Below the pieces are notes generated by a model. That model worked only from the letters and a program-made list of their open reading frames with translations, did no database searches and was not told the origin of the DNA. From the NCBI GenBank assembly GCA_043228905.1, contig JBHGNT010000002.1, positions 26,288,001 through 26,352,000 of the forward strand: a DNA stretch of 64,000 nucleotides, given 5' to 3'. This document shows, piece by piece, positions 28,375-41,900 of this stretch. The translations under genes were made by a program, and so were the position numbers. The stretch comes from Azolla caroliniana. Lineage: Eukaryota > Plantae > Polypodiophyta. Numbering within the stretch: position 1 is the stretch's first letter; every line of letters starts with the position of its first letter.

Positions 28375-29023
28375 TAGCAATGGGCTCGGTTCGGTTCGGT
28401 TTCTTAGCCTTGAAATGAAACCAAACAATTTATTCATAATAAAAACCACCAAACTGTTTAAAATTTATGAAGCCATTTAAACGGAACCGTTTAGAGCCGA
28501 ACCGTTTAAAGAATAGGAGAAACCAAACCGTTTACGAAAAATTTAGAACCAAACCAAACCGGTTTATCATAAATAAAAACCAAACCATTTTTTATTGATA
28601 TTGATCATTATACTTAATATAAATTTGTGGGAGAAAATCATCATAAATTTGTTTATCATATTTATCATAAATTTTGTCATCATACTTATTATATTTGATC
28701 ATAAAAAATGAAAAGGAGACTCTACATATAATCCAGATAAAATTTAATAAGTTAACACTAGTGTTTAAAATTAAAAGTTGAAAGTTTGAACCTTAGGGAA
28801 AATTTATGAGTATTTTTTAACCTATAAACCTTTAAACCGAACCACATAAATAGAAACCGATAAGCTGTAAACTACTAAACCATGAAATTCAAAACCAAAC
28901 TGAACCGAAACCAAATCGATTTGTAACATTTGAAACCAAACCAAACCGTTTATTTATCTTCGAATCTATAAACCGTTAAGCCACGGTTCGGTTCGGTTTG
29001 AGTCGAAACCGGGCCCATTGTTA
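28375..29023. mobile_element. Non-autonomous hAT-type MITE (about 650 bp)
   Basis: TIRs tagcaatgggctcggtt / aaccgggcccattgtta match 15/17. The 8-bp TSD tcaatgcc / ttagtgcc differs by two transitions. Dense subterminal AAACCG/CGGTT repeats; AT-rich non-coding core. Confidence 0.8.
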
Positions 29024-29948
29024 TTAGTGCCTGCAATTCTAAAGAGAAACAACAAAGGTGGATTGACAACTGACATTACGTGACTCACAGGATCAAGCAT
29101 TTAAACTACGAGAGGGAAAGAGGCCGCATTAGATAATCACATAAATTACAAGATGTCAATGCTTGGAGAACCTATGTAAAGGTAAACAATGGGAAAGGAG
29201 AAGAGCCAAAGAGAGGCCAAATGCACAGTGAATTACAGAGAAACCTTCATAGCTTAGTATGTAAAGGTTGTTACTAATTCTCCGGCGCATCATGCACAAC
29301 TACCTAATGAGAAGCACACTCAATAATAATCAGTCATAGGGATACCCTTTGCTCTAGTGGAAGATTAGACCTCCATGTATTCATGTTTGTTTTTCCACGA
29401 AGGCAAAGCTCCATACACACATTTATGCATATCATCACTTTCAAATATTAGAACAATCTACACAAGAGGTATCAACCATTGTACATTATCATACAACTAA
29501 GATAGAGAATCCATTTGTAACACCATGAATCAATGAACTAAGAAAAGTAATAGATAACATTACTTCTCTTGAAAATTGCACCTTACCAATTGTTATGTAT
29601 TATCTACAAGCACAATTAGTTTCATTACTTAGAGCATAAGATTCACTCAAGTTTTACTTGTACCACTAGTACTAAAGTAAACTTGTGTTACTTGACTTCA
29701 ATATGATGGTTACACAAGTTTTACTTAAATAGTAGATGCTCAAAGATCCGAATATGTTTTGCCCATAAATTTGCATGTCTTAAAACTTTGACATCATTTA
29801 ATTGTGGAGTATCACTTTGGATCATTTGTATCATAGACTCTTGTGACTTGTATGGTTGTATCATAGAACAATATGGTTGCATAAATAAAATATTTTGCAT
29901 TATTTGTTAAAACATATACAATTTTGCAATACCTTAAGTTAATGCATG

Positions 29949-30520
29949 GGGTGTCCTTCATGGAGATGTTATGGAGTATGAAAGTATGCATGCTTCTCAT
30001 GTCTTTCACTTTTTCCATGGGTACATCTATCTCACTTCATTTCCATCTTTTATTCCACGGTTTAGAACTAAAATTTTGGTTATTTGGCTCTTTGGACAAT
30101 ATGGAAAATGAAATGTGAGGATGTTTTTAATAATGCTCACATACATCTCAAAACCATGCTTATTGAATTCTGGCTGTTATTTGTCCATACCATACGTGGG
30201 CAATATGATGATCAACAGGGTTCAGCTGATGCTCTACGGCAATGTGAAGTGGACTTTAAGAAACAGTGGCAAGGGCTTCACTTATTTTCAAATACAACTT
30301 CTGGTATGAGGTGGAATTATGCCATACCTTCTTTTTTATTGCATAGCTTGTATCTTGTGCTACTCTCATTTCTTATATGATATCATCTATTTGATCAAAT
30401 GTTGGTATTAACTTTTGTATTACAATAGAGGTGAGATGAAATGTCTCCTTCTGTTTTCTATATGTAAATTTCTCAAGTAATATACTAAGGTGTATCTTTC
30501 TTGCAAAAAAAAAAAAAAAC
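29949..30520 (+). mobile_element. 5'-truncated L1-like LINE insertion (copy C) with poly(A) and a 17-bp TSD
   Basis: TSD ccttaagttaatgcatg at 29932-29948 and 30521-30537. Poly(A) at 30505-30519. Coding remnant LWTIWKMKC..EFWLLFVHTIRGQYD..RWNY is colinear with copies A and B. Confidence 0.88.
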
Positions 30521-32917
30521 CCTTAAGTTAATGCATGCATGCAACAACCTTCTCTTGGCATGGAAAGACTAAACCATCAAGTTCAACTCCATTATTGGTG
30601 TGAACAAGTGCCAACTATCCCCTCAACCATGGTCAACAAAGAGAGTGATTTGGTTAATGTAGTAGATGGGCTATTCATTAGTTCTTCTTTCTTTGCCACC
30701 ATTTTGTATCTCTATATGCTCGCTTAATAGCACATGAGATATGACTCCTCTAGTATTCTTCAATACATTGCTCATTATCATAATATATAAGCTTTTTCTT
30801 GTTTACTTTCCACCTTAGTTAATATAGTGCTATAATCACAAAGATTCTCCAATTGTTCTCCAAAATGTGACATCATCTATTATAGGAGGAGATTCTAGAA
30901 GAGGGCATCATCTATTAAACAGGGTTTATGAGTACTAGCTCATGTGACATAGACAACATCAAGTAGTGGTGATTAGAAAGCAATGTAATTGGAGTTCAAT
31001 CTTGATGGGATGACCTACACATTGTGGAAGCTGAAATTGACAGGACTTCATAGGATTCATTGATTTGAAGAATTTGACAACCATGATACCTACAACCACT
31101 ACAAATGTGCTGATGTAGAGAGGGCAAACTGTGAATGAAAAATTATCAATGCAGAATATGGTTCAACAAAGATCAAAGCCATTTAATGCTTGTAGAACTT
31201 TTTATTTACCATTATTTCCCTATGTTACAATAGTTACAAACGACAAGATATAGTGAGTAAACCATGACGATATATCATCATTGTTCCAATTCATATAGAA
31301 CTAATAAAAATAGAATGTATGACATTTACACCTTCCATCCTCGGGTAAGTCTCTTGTTAAAAAAGTCTGGATAAGTAAAATCACATAAGAAGTTTGAAAT
31401 TGCATGTGCAAAATGTCCAGCTACAACATGTCAATTGACATTTCAGTTGATTAATAACAAACTTTTTTTGATCATGCTCTGTTTATAAGGAACTAATAGA
31501 AAAGATTCACAAAACTCAAGATTCCATGATGCCCATCATTTAAAAAAGAAATCCATTCTATTTGTGTTTTCCAATCATCATTAAAATGTCAATCACAAAC
31601 TCTTTTGGTATACATGACATTTTTTGTAGCTTGATTGACATCATAACGGTTTAAGCTTACATGCTAAATTTGCTTTTCACACTTCATAATGATTTAAATT
31701 TCTCACATTTCCAGAATACATGCAAAATGAGAGTTCAAGTTTCAACTACCTGGTGAGAGAATGTAAACTGATTAATTGATGCATAATGGTAATGCTGTGC
31801 TTTAATCCTAGCCTCTTATTTCCATTATTCCAAAAGATTATGCATTACACTAATTCAGAAATTTCTGACCATTTCATCATATAGTCTCTCATATAGTGAT
31901 TAAGATAGTATAAAACAATAGTCTTTTTACCACTTTCTGTTTCGAAATTACATACATATACAAGATTTGTCGTTGAACTTTGGTTAGTCCATTACAATCA
32001 TATTGTACAATTACAAATTTCAGTGGTTTTAGAAATCACTTGCCTAGTAGAAATACAGATGCTATGTAGTCTCTTGAGAAAATATACGTGAGACAAGTGC
32101 TTATGCTTATACACAATACCACCCATGACGCATAATTTACACTGCACACTACAATTTCATGTTTTTACTGCAACTTCTTTAAGAAAAATAAAAATAAAAA
32201 ACCTAAAATCATATATACTAAGCAGACCTGCGAAGTGGGGAAAAAACAGTCATGATTATTTTCACTATTATGACTTTGGGTCTTTACAAATATTTCAAAC
32301 GTTACTACAAAAGAATCAGACCCTCATGAATGATTTGTATACAACAAAAAACTGAGCTGAAAATTTGCAACCATACATACCTTAAAACTCAAAATCTAAA
32401 CACAGTTGATTTAAGATGGCTTCAAAAAATTTGGTAGGAGACTCCGTTGCATGTCATCTGCTGATATTCTCATAATAGCTTTTCCTTGGAACTGTAGACT
32501 CTCCCAAATAAAGCATGTGAACCGAACTGTCATAACAACTCATGCATGTGTGTTAAAAGTGTCACACACAATAGAGCACATGTAAAGACACTCAACATGT
32601 ATATATGGATACTGAATATGTAGATCCAAAATCCAATTTTGAAAATCAATAGCTGCAATAAAAACTTCAATATACAAGATCAACCACAATCATTGTCGTA
32701 GATCCTCTGCTTTAATACCTGGTTATGCCAACAAATTATTAGAACCACTCCATCTTCAATAATGATAATATAAACATGAAAACATGAGGGGTAATGATTA
32801 CCTTTATGACACCTCGGGACAAAATCAAGTTCATATTTGCTTGAATTAACCTCTATATGAGGTTTGATGCTGGCTTTATATATCATACAATAATTATGTA
32901 TCTCGGTAAATAAAACA

Positions 32918-35900
32918 TTATGTACCCAACATTTGCTGTAGCTGGTTGAGTAGCGAAGGATGCAGTCTGGAAAGAGAGGAATTAAGAGCTGCCTCACCAT
33001 GGAGTGAAGAACACACTTGAATCTTTTCTTTCAATAATGGTACAACAGAAATGTTGTTTATAGGATCTGCTGCCATCATCTACTAAACCAAAAACTAAGC
33101 AATAAGCATTTCTGACAAATTAACCACTAAACATTTCTGACAATTAACTAATAAACATTAATGTGAAACTAAACAATAAGCGTTCATGAGAAATTAATCA
33201 ATAAGCATCTTGGAACTTTACACAAGTCACAACATCATACCTTGCGTTTTCTTCTCTCTTCACTTTCACTGGAGCCCGTCGATGCATCCACTTCATGTTG
33301 AGAATCCGATGAATAGTAATCATACCTGAAAACTCTACATGAATAAGCTTCCCAAAATGATTCCTGATCAATTTTCATGGACCTTCAAGAATAGCACTCA
33401 TTGCATAAATTACCTCATTTTTTGAAATCCTCAAAATAATCTACAATTTCTCTCATTCTCTCCCCCCTTATGAAGAAGAAATCAAATCCAGCCAAATTTG
33501 GAGCAGAAAACAATAGAAGAGCATGCAAGATGTTTAATGAGAGGAAACCTAAGACAGAAAATCATTCTACAATAGCCTAGGAAGTCTCCTTCCCCACTGA
33601 CACAGGTTAAAACATGCACTCAATCAATTAATTTTTGGGAAGGCACAATATCGTTATGAATTAGTAGGTGAGCAATTTATCTCTTCCTGTTGCACCTTGC
33701 ACAACGTACCACTGTACTGATCTTCAAGAGTGCAGATCCCAGTAGCTAAGTGCCTATGCAAAGGGAAATGAACGTGGTTTTTTACTTTGGATCACATAAT
33801 GACTGTTTGAGCCTTTATACAGGAAAGAAGAGCCCATAATAAGAATATTTACTATTGCTTTCCAAAAGGCCTTTGACACTGTCCATGTGCCCACGTATTC
33901 TAGAGACCTAGGAGGTTCCGGTAGATATGCAATGGGGAATCAGTGCCAGGACAATAGGTTGATGCCATTGTGGCTGTCTAGATTCTTTAAAGATACTTTG
34001 TACAGACAAAGACTTGTCAGTGGTGTTTAATATTGCTTCAGCATGGGTAACAAGAGCACTAACAGAGGAAAGGGTGGCATACAAATGATTCTACACATAC
34101 CTAGAACTAACAAGATCACTACCCAGGAAAAGGGCCTGTGTACTCCCTTGGGGAAGCTTCCTATGGATGACTTTCTTGTAAATAAGTAGCTCTTGGTGGT
34201 CTACTGTCATGATACACTGCCATGATAGAGAGCAACGCATCAGTCACCATGATATAATCCAGGATGAGATAGACGCAGCAGAAAATTGTGACCAAGACAT
34301 TACTAAGATCAGTGAATTGTATCCAACAGATTTGGGAGTATCCAAAGCACAGGTGCCAAGATAAGCACTTATGTCGTGAAAACAGAAGGAATTCCTCGCT
34401 GTTGGTATGCTAAATGCAAGAATGGTTCCTTCCAACCACATGGCATAAATTACATAATTCCAACCAGACTACCTCTGCTCTAATGTATCTTGGATTGTCC
34501 ATACTTGGACATGAGCAAAGTGGAAATGAAAAAGGTAATCTGAATTATTATCATTAAATTACATAGCAATAGAATTAGGTATAGTGAGTAAAGATCAATT
34601 ATTGGGGGGGGGGGGGGGGGATTTGAAAAGAATAGAGAACTTTGAGAATTTCTAAAAATGATGGGCATTTTAAGAAAAAAATGAGGTTCACGTAATTCTT
34701 GTTAAATTATAGTTTTTACCCTTGCATGCTGACTCCATTCTGTTCCTCATCTATTTGATGTATTATGCTTGTGCAGACACTACAGGAAAGTCAACCATAT
34801 AAGGAAAAGTTTAACAAACAATTTATTTGACAACAGTATCTTCTTCCCACACCTGAGGATTTGCTCTAGTCTTTCAAGGACCTGGGGTTCTTTTATGGTC
34901 AGCAAGACACACAATGCCAAAGCACAAATTTTCTTTCGTGTAAATGTGGTGAGGGAATCCGCCTGCAAAGTTATTGTGAACAAAGCATTACCAGATTATC
35001 ACATAAAATATCCAAAAACATATCAGAATAAATCAGAGTACCTTCTCTAGCCATGCATCAAAAAACATGAGTAACAGGCTTTTACTACTGTCAGAACTCA
35101 TCTGTCCGAGTACCAAATACAATGAGGGCTGTGATATCCATTGTGCAAAAAACGATGTATTTTGCACCAATACTCTTGCAAGAATTGCACCAGCACTAGC
35201 CCGCACAATATCTGCCTCATCATTCCCCGCTATAACAATTCTTAAAAGCTTCTGAGATCAATTTAGTTTAGTGGTGTTAGAAAATTTAGTTAATCTTACA
35301 ATTAATCTGGAAATTATACCAAGTATGATTCTAGATTTGACACCTAGAGAAAGCATTTTTATCTCCAGAGAAAGCAAATATTTAAGAAAAAAAAGTCCAA
35401 ATAATGAGAATTAATTCATTACATTATCTGGAGATAAATCTCCAAATAAATACTTAAGAAAATAAATCTTCAATTAATTCATTACATTATCTCTTACTGT
35501 TTTTAAAGAGAATTTTACCTGTAATGTTCCTTCAAGAAGAGTAGGGGCATCCTGTGGAAAACACTGAAAGGAAACAAATTTCCTGTTAGAAAGATTAAAA
35601 TATCCTTCCAGGTACTCTTGCAAAATGTTTGATGCAACATATCAAAAGGTAGTCATTTTCAGCTAGGAATCCTAGGGTTGACACATTGATTCTCTCTGAT
35701 ATAAGGACGCATTGCTAAAAGTTTACAATGGCCTACTACACCACAAAAGGAATTATTATTAGCCTGAACAAATTTGCCTACCACAGCTAATCACACATAC
35801 AACCATATGGATTATGTGATTTTAAAAATAATAAAATGAATATGAGCATCTTTTCAGATAGTTGTCTAGTTGTAGAAATATCATGATTCATGACCAGAAG

Positions 35901-38900
35901 CATTGAAATTGAATCTCCTTATCTTTCTTTCTTTGTAAGGTGACTAAAACTTGACTATCATAGATCTCAATATGTTTGGTATGGCCATGAAAGATCAGAT
36001 GTTTAACCATTGTTATGGCACTCTATAGCTACTGCCATATTCTAGAAAACAAATCATAATAATATAGAAACCTGAAGAATTTGAGTTACTCGCAGAAGCT
36101 AGATGGTATGAAAAATAGCTACAAATACAGTACAATACAAAATGCTACAGTTTCTTCCTAAGCCCATATTTGAAATAATACAAAAAAGGAAACAATTAGC
36201 CTTTGTGATACTGTATAGCTCCATCCATTTGAGTGAACTGTATCCAATTTGAAGGGTTATTTAACGGTCACATTTTGAATTTGACTGTATCTTTTAGTGA
36301 TAGCTCATCTACATGAGTAATAATACGAAATAATGTAAATTTTCTTACTAAAAATCTTGTGTGGGATCCTGAATGTATAAGATTTAGAGAATCCTGAATC
36401 AAGAATATTTTTCTCAAGTTGCCTGAAGAATGTCTTTTTGTTTCCTTGGATGGGGTGCAAAGAATATGTGTGTCTGCTTGTGCTTGCGCATGGATGTGCA
36501 TGTGTGTGTGCCCGAAGAATGTCCTTTTGTTTCATTGGATGAGGTGCTAAGAATGTGTGTGTGCGTGTGCATGCGTATGTGTGCATGTGTGTCAGACTGA
36601 TGATGTGGTGTGGCTCTCAAAGCTAGGGCTCAATAGTGGATATTGAACATGATGGGCAGTCTAGATGAAACTGAGGGATCCTGCAGCCTAAAGACATTAA
36701 TGATATCCAAATGTAGAGAATCAAATATATATATATTAAACACATGATTGGTTCAAGAATAAGGAAAATAATCAAAGCTGACTTGCTAAAAAGGCATAAC
36801 GAAAGTAATCATATGTAATTGGCAAAACAAATATAAGAAAAGCAATCAGGCATGGTTGGTATAATGAAAGTAATCGCATTTCATCAATATGGAGAAGATA
36901 CACACCTGAATCAGCATGTCTATTACTGGAAGAGTGCACATCATTCCCTTTTCTTTAACATTCCCAACAATGTTATTCAGTATATGTGCAACTGCTGTTG
37001 AATGTACTTGCAAGAAACCAACTCCAGCAAGCAAGACATAGCTTTCAATAATATTCATACATATCTGGAAATATACAGCAACAATATGAATATCATAAAC
37101 AGAACGAATGACAGACAGATTATATAGAGTAAAGTGTTAATATGTGCAGGTAAAAGAACATCTAATTGGAATGAATGCACAGTTGAGAGAGAGAGAGAGA
37201 GAAAGTTGCTAGTCATTCCAAGGATGTAGGAACCAATGGAATAATTTGTGTTCTTTTACCTGAAGATGATCAGAATTCCTTTCCATGACAGAATCAAGAT
37301 GTGGAAACAATGACAAAAGTTGGGAAGTCATAGCTGGTGCATTTTTCAAAGTTATGTGCCAGAGCTAACCAAAAAAATATAATTCCTCATCAGTTTCAAA
37401 GAAACAATGCTAGCTAGTAACCATTCAGACCATATGCAGTTATAAGGTAGTGCACATTTAAAATTAACTTGCATACAGAAACAAGTTAAATTAGAATCAT
37501 ACTTGACAGTTATTGCCACGGCATATTTCAAAGTTTATATCCCACCACTATTAAAATAAGTTTAAAAAGACAAAACAGCAACTGACACAAACCTGCTTTA
37601 GCTAATGTTCATTTCAGAATAAGTGCTTAAATTTCACTACAAAGCATGGTTTCATTTCTACAAGGATAACTTATTGAATGTTTTAACTGGTATAATTATA
37701 GTTGCATTCATGGTTTATGAAGCCACTTCATCTAAAACAAATACAGTGCAATGTAAATAATGAGTAAGGTACGCTAGTAGCATACTATGAAGGACTCTTT
37801 AAGTTTGAACGCTGAATCATGATTAAGAGAAAGGACATAGATTTTCTATCTGGGGATGTTTCGATAGTACCTGCAACCCATCTTCTAGCATATTGAGCTC
37901 ATCAGGTTGGTTGATATTGGTACTGTAATCTAGAATTGGGAAGAGAAACTCATAGCATACTGGAGATTGCGGTCCTAAAGCACAAATAAGCCGTTGTAAA
38001 GCCACCATGACTTGTATGCGCAAAAGACTTTGGCCCTCAGATTCCTTCCACACCTATATTTTCAGGTATACACATAATACTATTCTTAACTAAATGCAAT
38101 ACCAGAATTCAAATGAAGATAATTTAATTGCCTTGCCTGGGGTAGAAATGAGATCAGACTTTTTGTGCATGGGAGAATGCTCTCTCCAAGGCGATCAATA
38201 ACCAAAGAAACCAGATTAAAGATCTGCAACTGAAATTCAATATACAAGAATATTTTAATTTTCCATAGCCTGTAAAGTACTTCCATCATAGATTCAACTT
38301 TGTAACATAGTTTGATTAGCAAAGTAGCTACATAGATCATTTAAGCATTAGAAATATACCTTTGAGTCAAACTCTTGTGCATGATTCATGAATTGAAACA
38401 AGCGCTCCAAACACACAGGAACAAAGGCTATAAAATCTTTCTCATAGAAGTGTACATCATCTATAAGATGGTGCAAGGAGCGGCATGCTGCCAGCTGCCA
38501 CAAAGTATGGATTGGTGAAATTAATTATGGTATTCTAACCCAATACATCAACCACAAACCTTTATATCCACAAGCTAAGTACAGAATACAATTGTGAAAA
38601 AGAAAGAAAAATATTCATACCTGAACTGCAAGATCACCATCACCAAGAAGTTCGATTAAAGACGTATAAACTGGTTGCCTGATATCCCCTGCTATCTGTT
38701 GCAAAACGTGTTGTTCATTTTACTCAAACAGATCAAAACTTTGAGTTTTAGAAAATAACGATATCCATTATTTCTCAGAGTTGAACTAAAACTCTTCCTA
38801 GAAAATAGTAGAACCTCAATGCCTTGCATTATGTCTTAAATGAAGTATCCATAGCAAAATATTGTACATGTGTCCTCTTAGAAGCCTAGACATATCTAAA

Positions 38901-41900
38901 ATATAATCAAGCATTTTCTGGGAATGAAATTTTTTATATTTCAAACAAAGCATAATTATCATTCAGCTTTGGTCTCTGTCCACAAATATACCAAAGTTCA
39001 TGGATACTATAATCAAATTACAACAGAGCTGGCCTAAGATTGATGTTTTACATATTACAAAAGAGAGAGCTAACATGTTATCCTTCACTGTAGAATTCCA
39101 AGTAGCATGACAAAAACGTGCTAACCTTCTTGGCCAAGAGATCCCAAATCATAGTAGCAAGAGACTTTGATAGAAAAGAGGGTTTGGTGTTAGGCTTTGG
39201 TTTTGAGCTAGGTTTAAGTTCAGATTGTGGGCTAGGGTAATTGTGCAGGTGAGGATAGGTTTAGGTCTTGGATGAGGTTTAGGTTCATAGTTAAGACTTC
39301 AAAAAGTATAGGTATGTGTTCACAAGTATATGTATATTCAAAACTTACAGTATATATGTTTTTTATGTAAAAGTAAAACCTGACTCCTATAAATGTGCAA
39401 CGTTTTTAACATATACATATACCTGTTGACATCTGAACCCCAAACCTGTTAGGGTGATTGTACAGGTGAGGACAAAAACATAGGTATGTGTTCAAAAGTA
39501 TGTGTATGTTCGTAAAGTACAGTATCTATGTTTTTATGTGAAAGTAATACCTGACTCCTTACAATGTGCAACTTTTTTAACATATATGTATACCCGTTCA
39601 AGTCTGAACACTGAACCTGAACCTCATCCTAGACCTAGACCTAGACATCAAATTTGATCACACTGAATTCCAATAGATTCTTGTACAGACAACATATAGC
39701 CCTGGTTTTGGTAATATGTACAGTACCAGCATGTGTTCAGGTAATGTGCCAGTTTCTAAACTAAAAAAAAGTACCCTAAACTGATGCTAATCACTCTATA
39801 TTCTCGATTACAACTATATTAAATATGGCCCACCTTGTATAGCTTATAGTTTGTGTCAAAAATTTGCACATAAACTAATAAGGTAGCAGAGCAATATACC
39901 CAAGTAGTTTAGGCTCTTGTCCTGTAAGCCAGGGGCTACGAATTGAACCAAAGCCCCCACCCCTAGTTGTCATTTGTGATGGCTACCAGAACCCCCCACT
40001 ATGCAGAAATAAGAGCAGCACATATAACATTACACCAAAGTAGCACCTCATATGTGCCATAAAACTAAATAAGTGCTAAACACATTAAGATTTTCACTGT
40101 TTACCAGAGCCAGAAAATAATTTCCATAAAAGATAATCCATGTGTTTTCAGTATGTATACCTTACTCACCCACTGACCCAAAAGCCAAGCAACACGCCGT
40201 CGAAGGATGCGACCATTTGGATGTTTATTACACAGTTCTTGGGCAAGTGTGCCTTTATACCTGATTTACCCCCCATGACATTAAATTATAGGGAAGAACA
40301 TCTCACGAAGATTCTTTTGATTTAATAAAACTGAATTAACAAAGCTAATATACCATGATTCAAAATCAATTGAATGGTAAAGATCATAGTTAGCAACCCC
40401 AGCTGCATTATAAGCAGCTTCTTTTAAAAGCAATTTCTGATTAATTTCAATTTCCATATCTGGCGGTGCAGGAGGGCAACCATCCGATGCTTGTTTTAAG
40501 ATTTGAACAACCAATGGAGCCAATTTCTACATCAATACAAACAAGATGAACATGATCAGCATCATCTTTGTAGATGTTTGGTTACTTTCTTCTGTCACTT
40601 TCATTGACATGCCAGTGAAGCTAGCAAAGGCTATGGATTAAAATCAACAAGTTTTGTAAAACAAAAGAATAAAGTACCTCTCGATATTTTTCAAAAAGTG
40701 TGAGATACAATGATTCAGCACATGGTCTTAGTTTATCTTTCCACTGGACCATATCTTGTTCATGATAGAAAGTTTCCGCACCATGATCCCATTCCTCTAG
40801 ATCAGTGGATGTAAGTGCAAAATACCTAGCAACAAAGTAAAAGACAAAATCATTTCGATCAATTGAAAGTAGGATTGTAAACTGATGGACTATGGAAACC
40901 ACAGCTACACCCTAATAAAGCGACTGAACTAGATTTAGCATTCACAAATAAATGAATAAGAGAGATAGAGATCTACAGGTATGGATGGGAGAATGACTTA
41001 TAGGCTAACAGGAAATACTTTGGACATGTATCCAATGAAAATGCTTCTGAAAGTCAGGCGGATTTATTTTGTTCTTTTCCATTTTATTCCTGACAAGCCA
41101 GTGCTTGGATATATGGACCAAAGTTCTCCTTTTGGACTTTCAAGAAGTCCTGAATAATTACGGATTATTATACAAAATTATTTAATGCAACTCCTGCCTA
41201 CTTAAAAGGAACACCTTTGCCTTTGTTTTATTTAGGGAAAGTCTACCTGACTGTAAAACAATCAGGTGTATAGGCTACCACAGGTAACCTAATCCAGATA
41301 CTTCAGGATTGCTTCATCAGACAATCTCTATTGAGTGATGCTCAGGATATCATTTCGTTATATTTCAGGTAATTACATTACAAAGAGAATGTCAGATGGC
41401 AAAAAACGAATCAAGCTGTCAAGAGTAGCTGGACCTCTTTCACATAGAATACTCAGACACATCACATGAATATATGTTGGGAATGCAAACAAATGCCTTT
41501 GAAACTAAGCACCTCTTTTTCATGAGCAGATAGAGCTTATTGCAGGGTGACAGCTCCAGAACTGATCTCTCCCTTCTGCAATTTCTCTCTAGAATTACTT
41601 TATTCCAACATTTATTACAGTTCATGTACCTAGCACTACTTCTTTACAGCATTTAATGCATTGTTTTTTTCTCTCCACTCGTTCAGTACATTAACTCATT
41701 ATATTAACTAGGAATATTGTATTTCCTTTCATAAATGCAGGGGTTATAAAACCTACTCTACATGTTTGTATTTGAAGGCTTTGAGCCTCACAAAGAAATA
41801 TAGTTCTTGTTTTAGCTTAATGTCAAGCTGCTCTTAGCTTCTTTGGCATCTTAAAATAGTTCTCAACAGTTTTCTCACATGGTATCAGAGCTATGAGGTC

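Noticed and set aside
34604-34620. G17 homopolymer as a regulatory G-quadruplex
   Set aside because: An isolated intronic homopolymer, C-rich on the transcript, with error-prone length; nothing supports a function.
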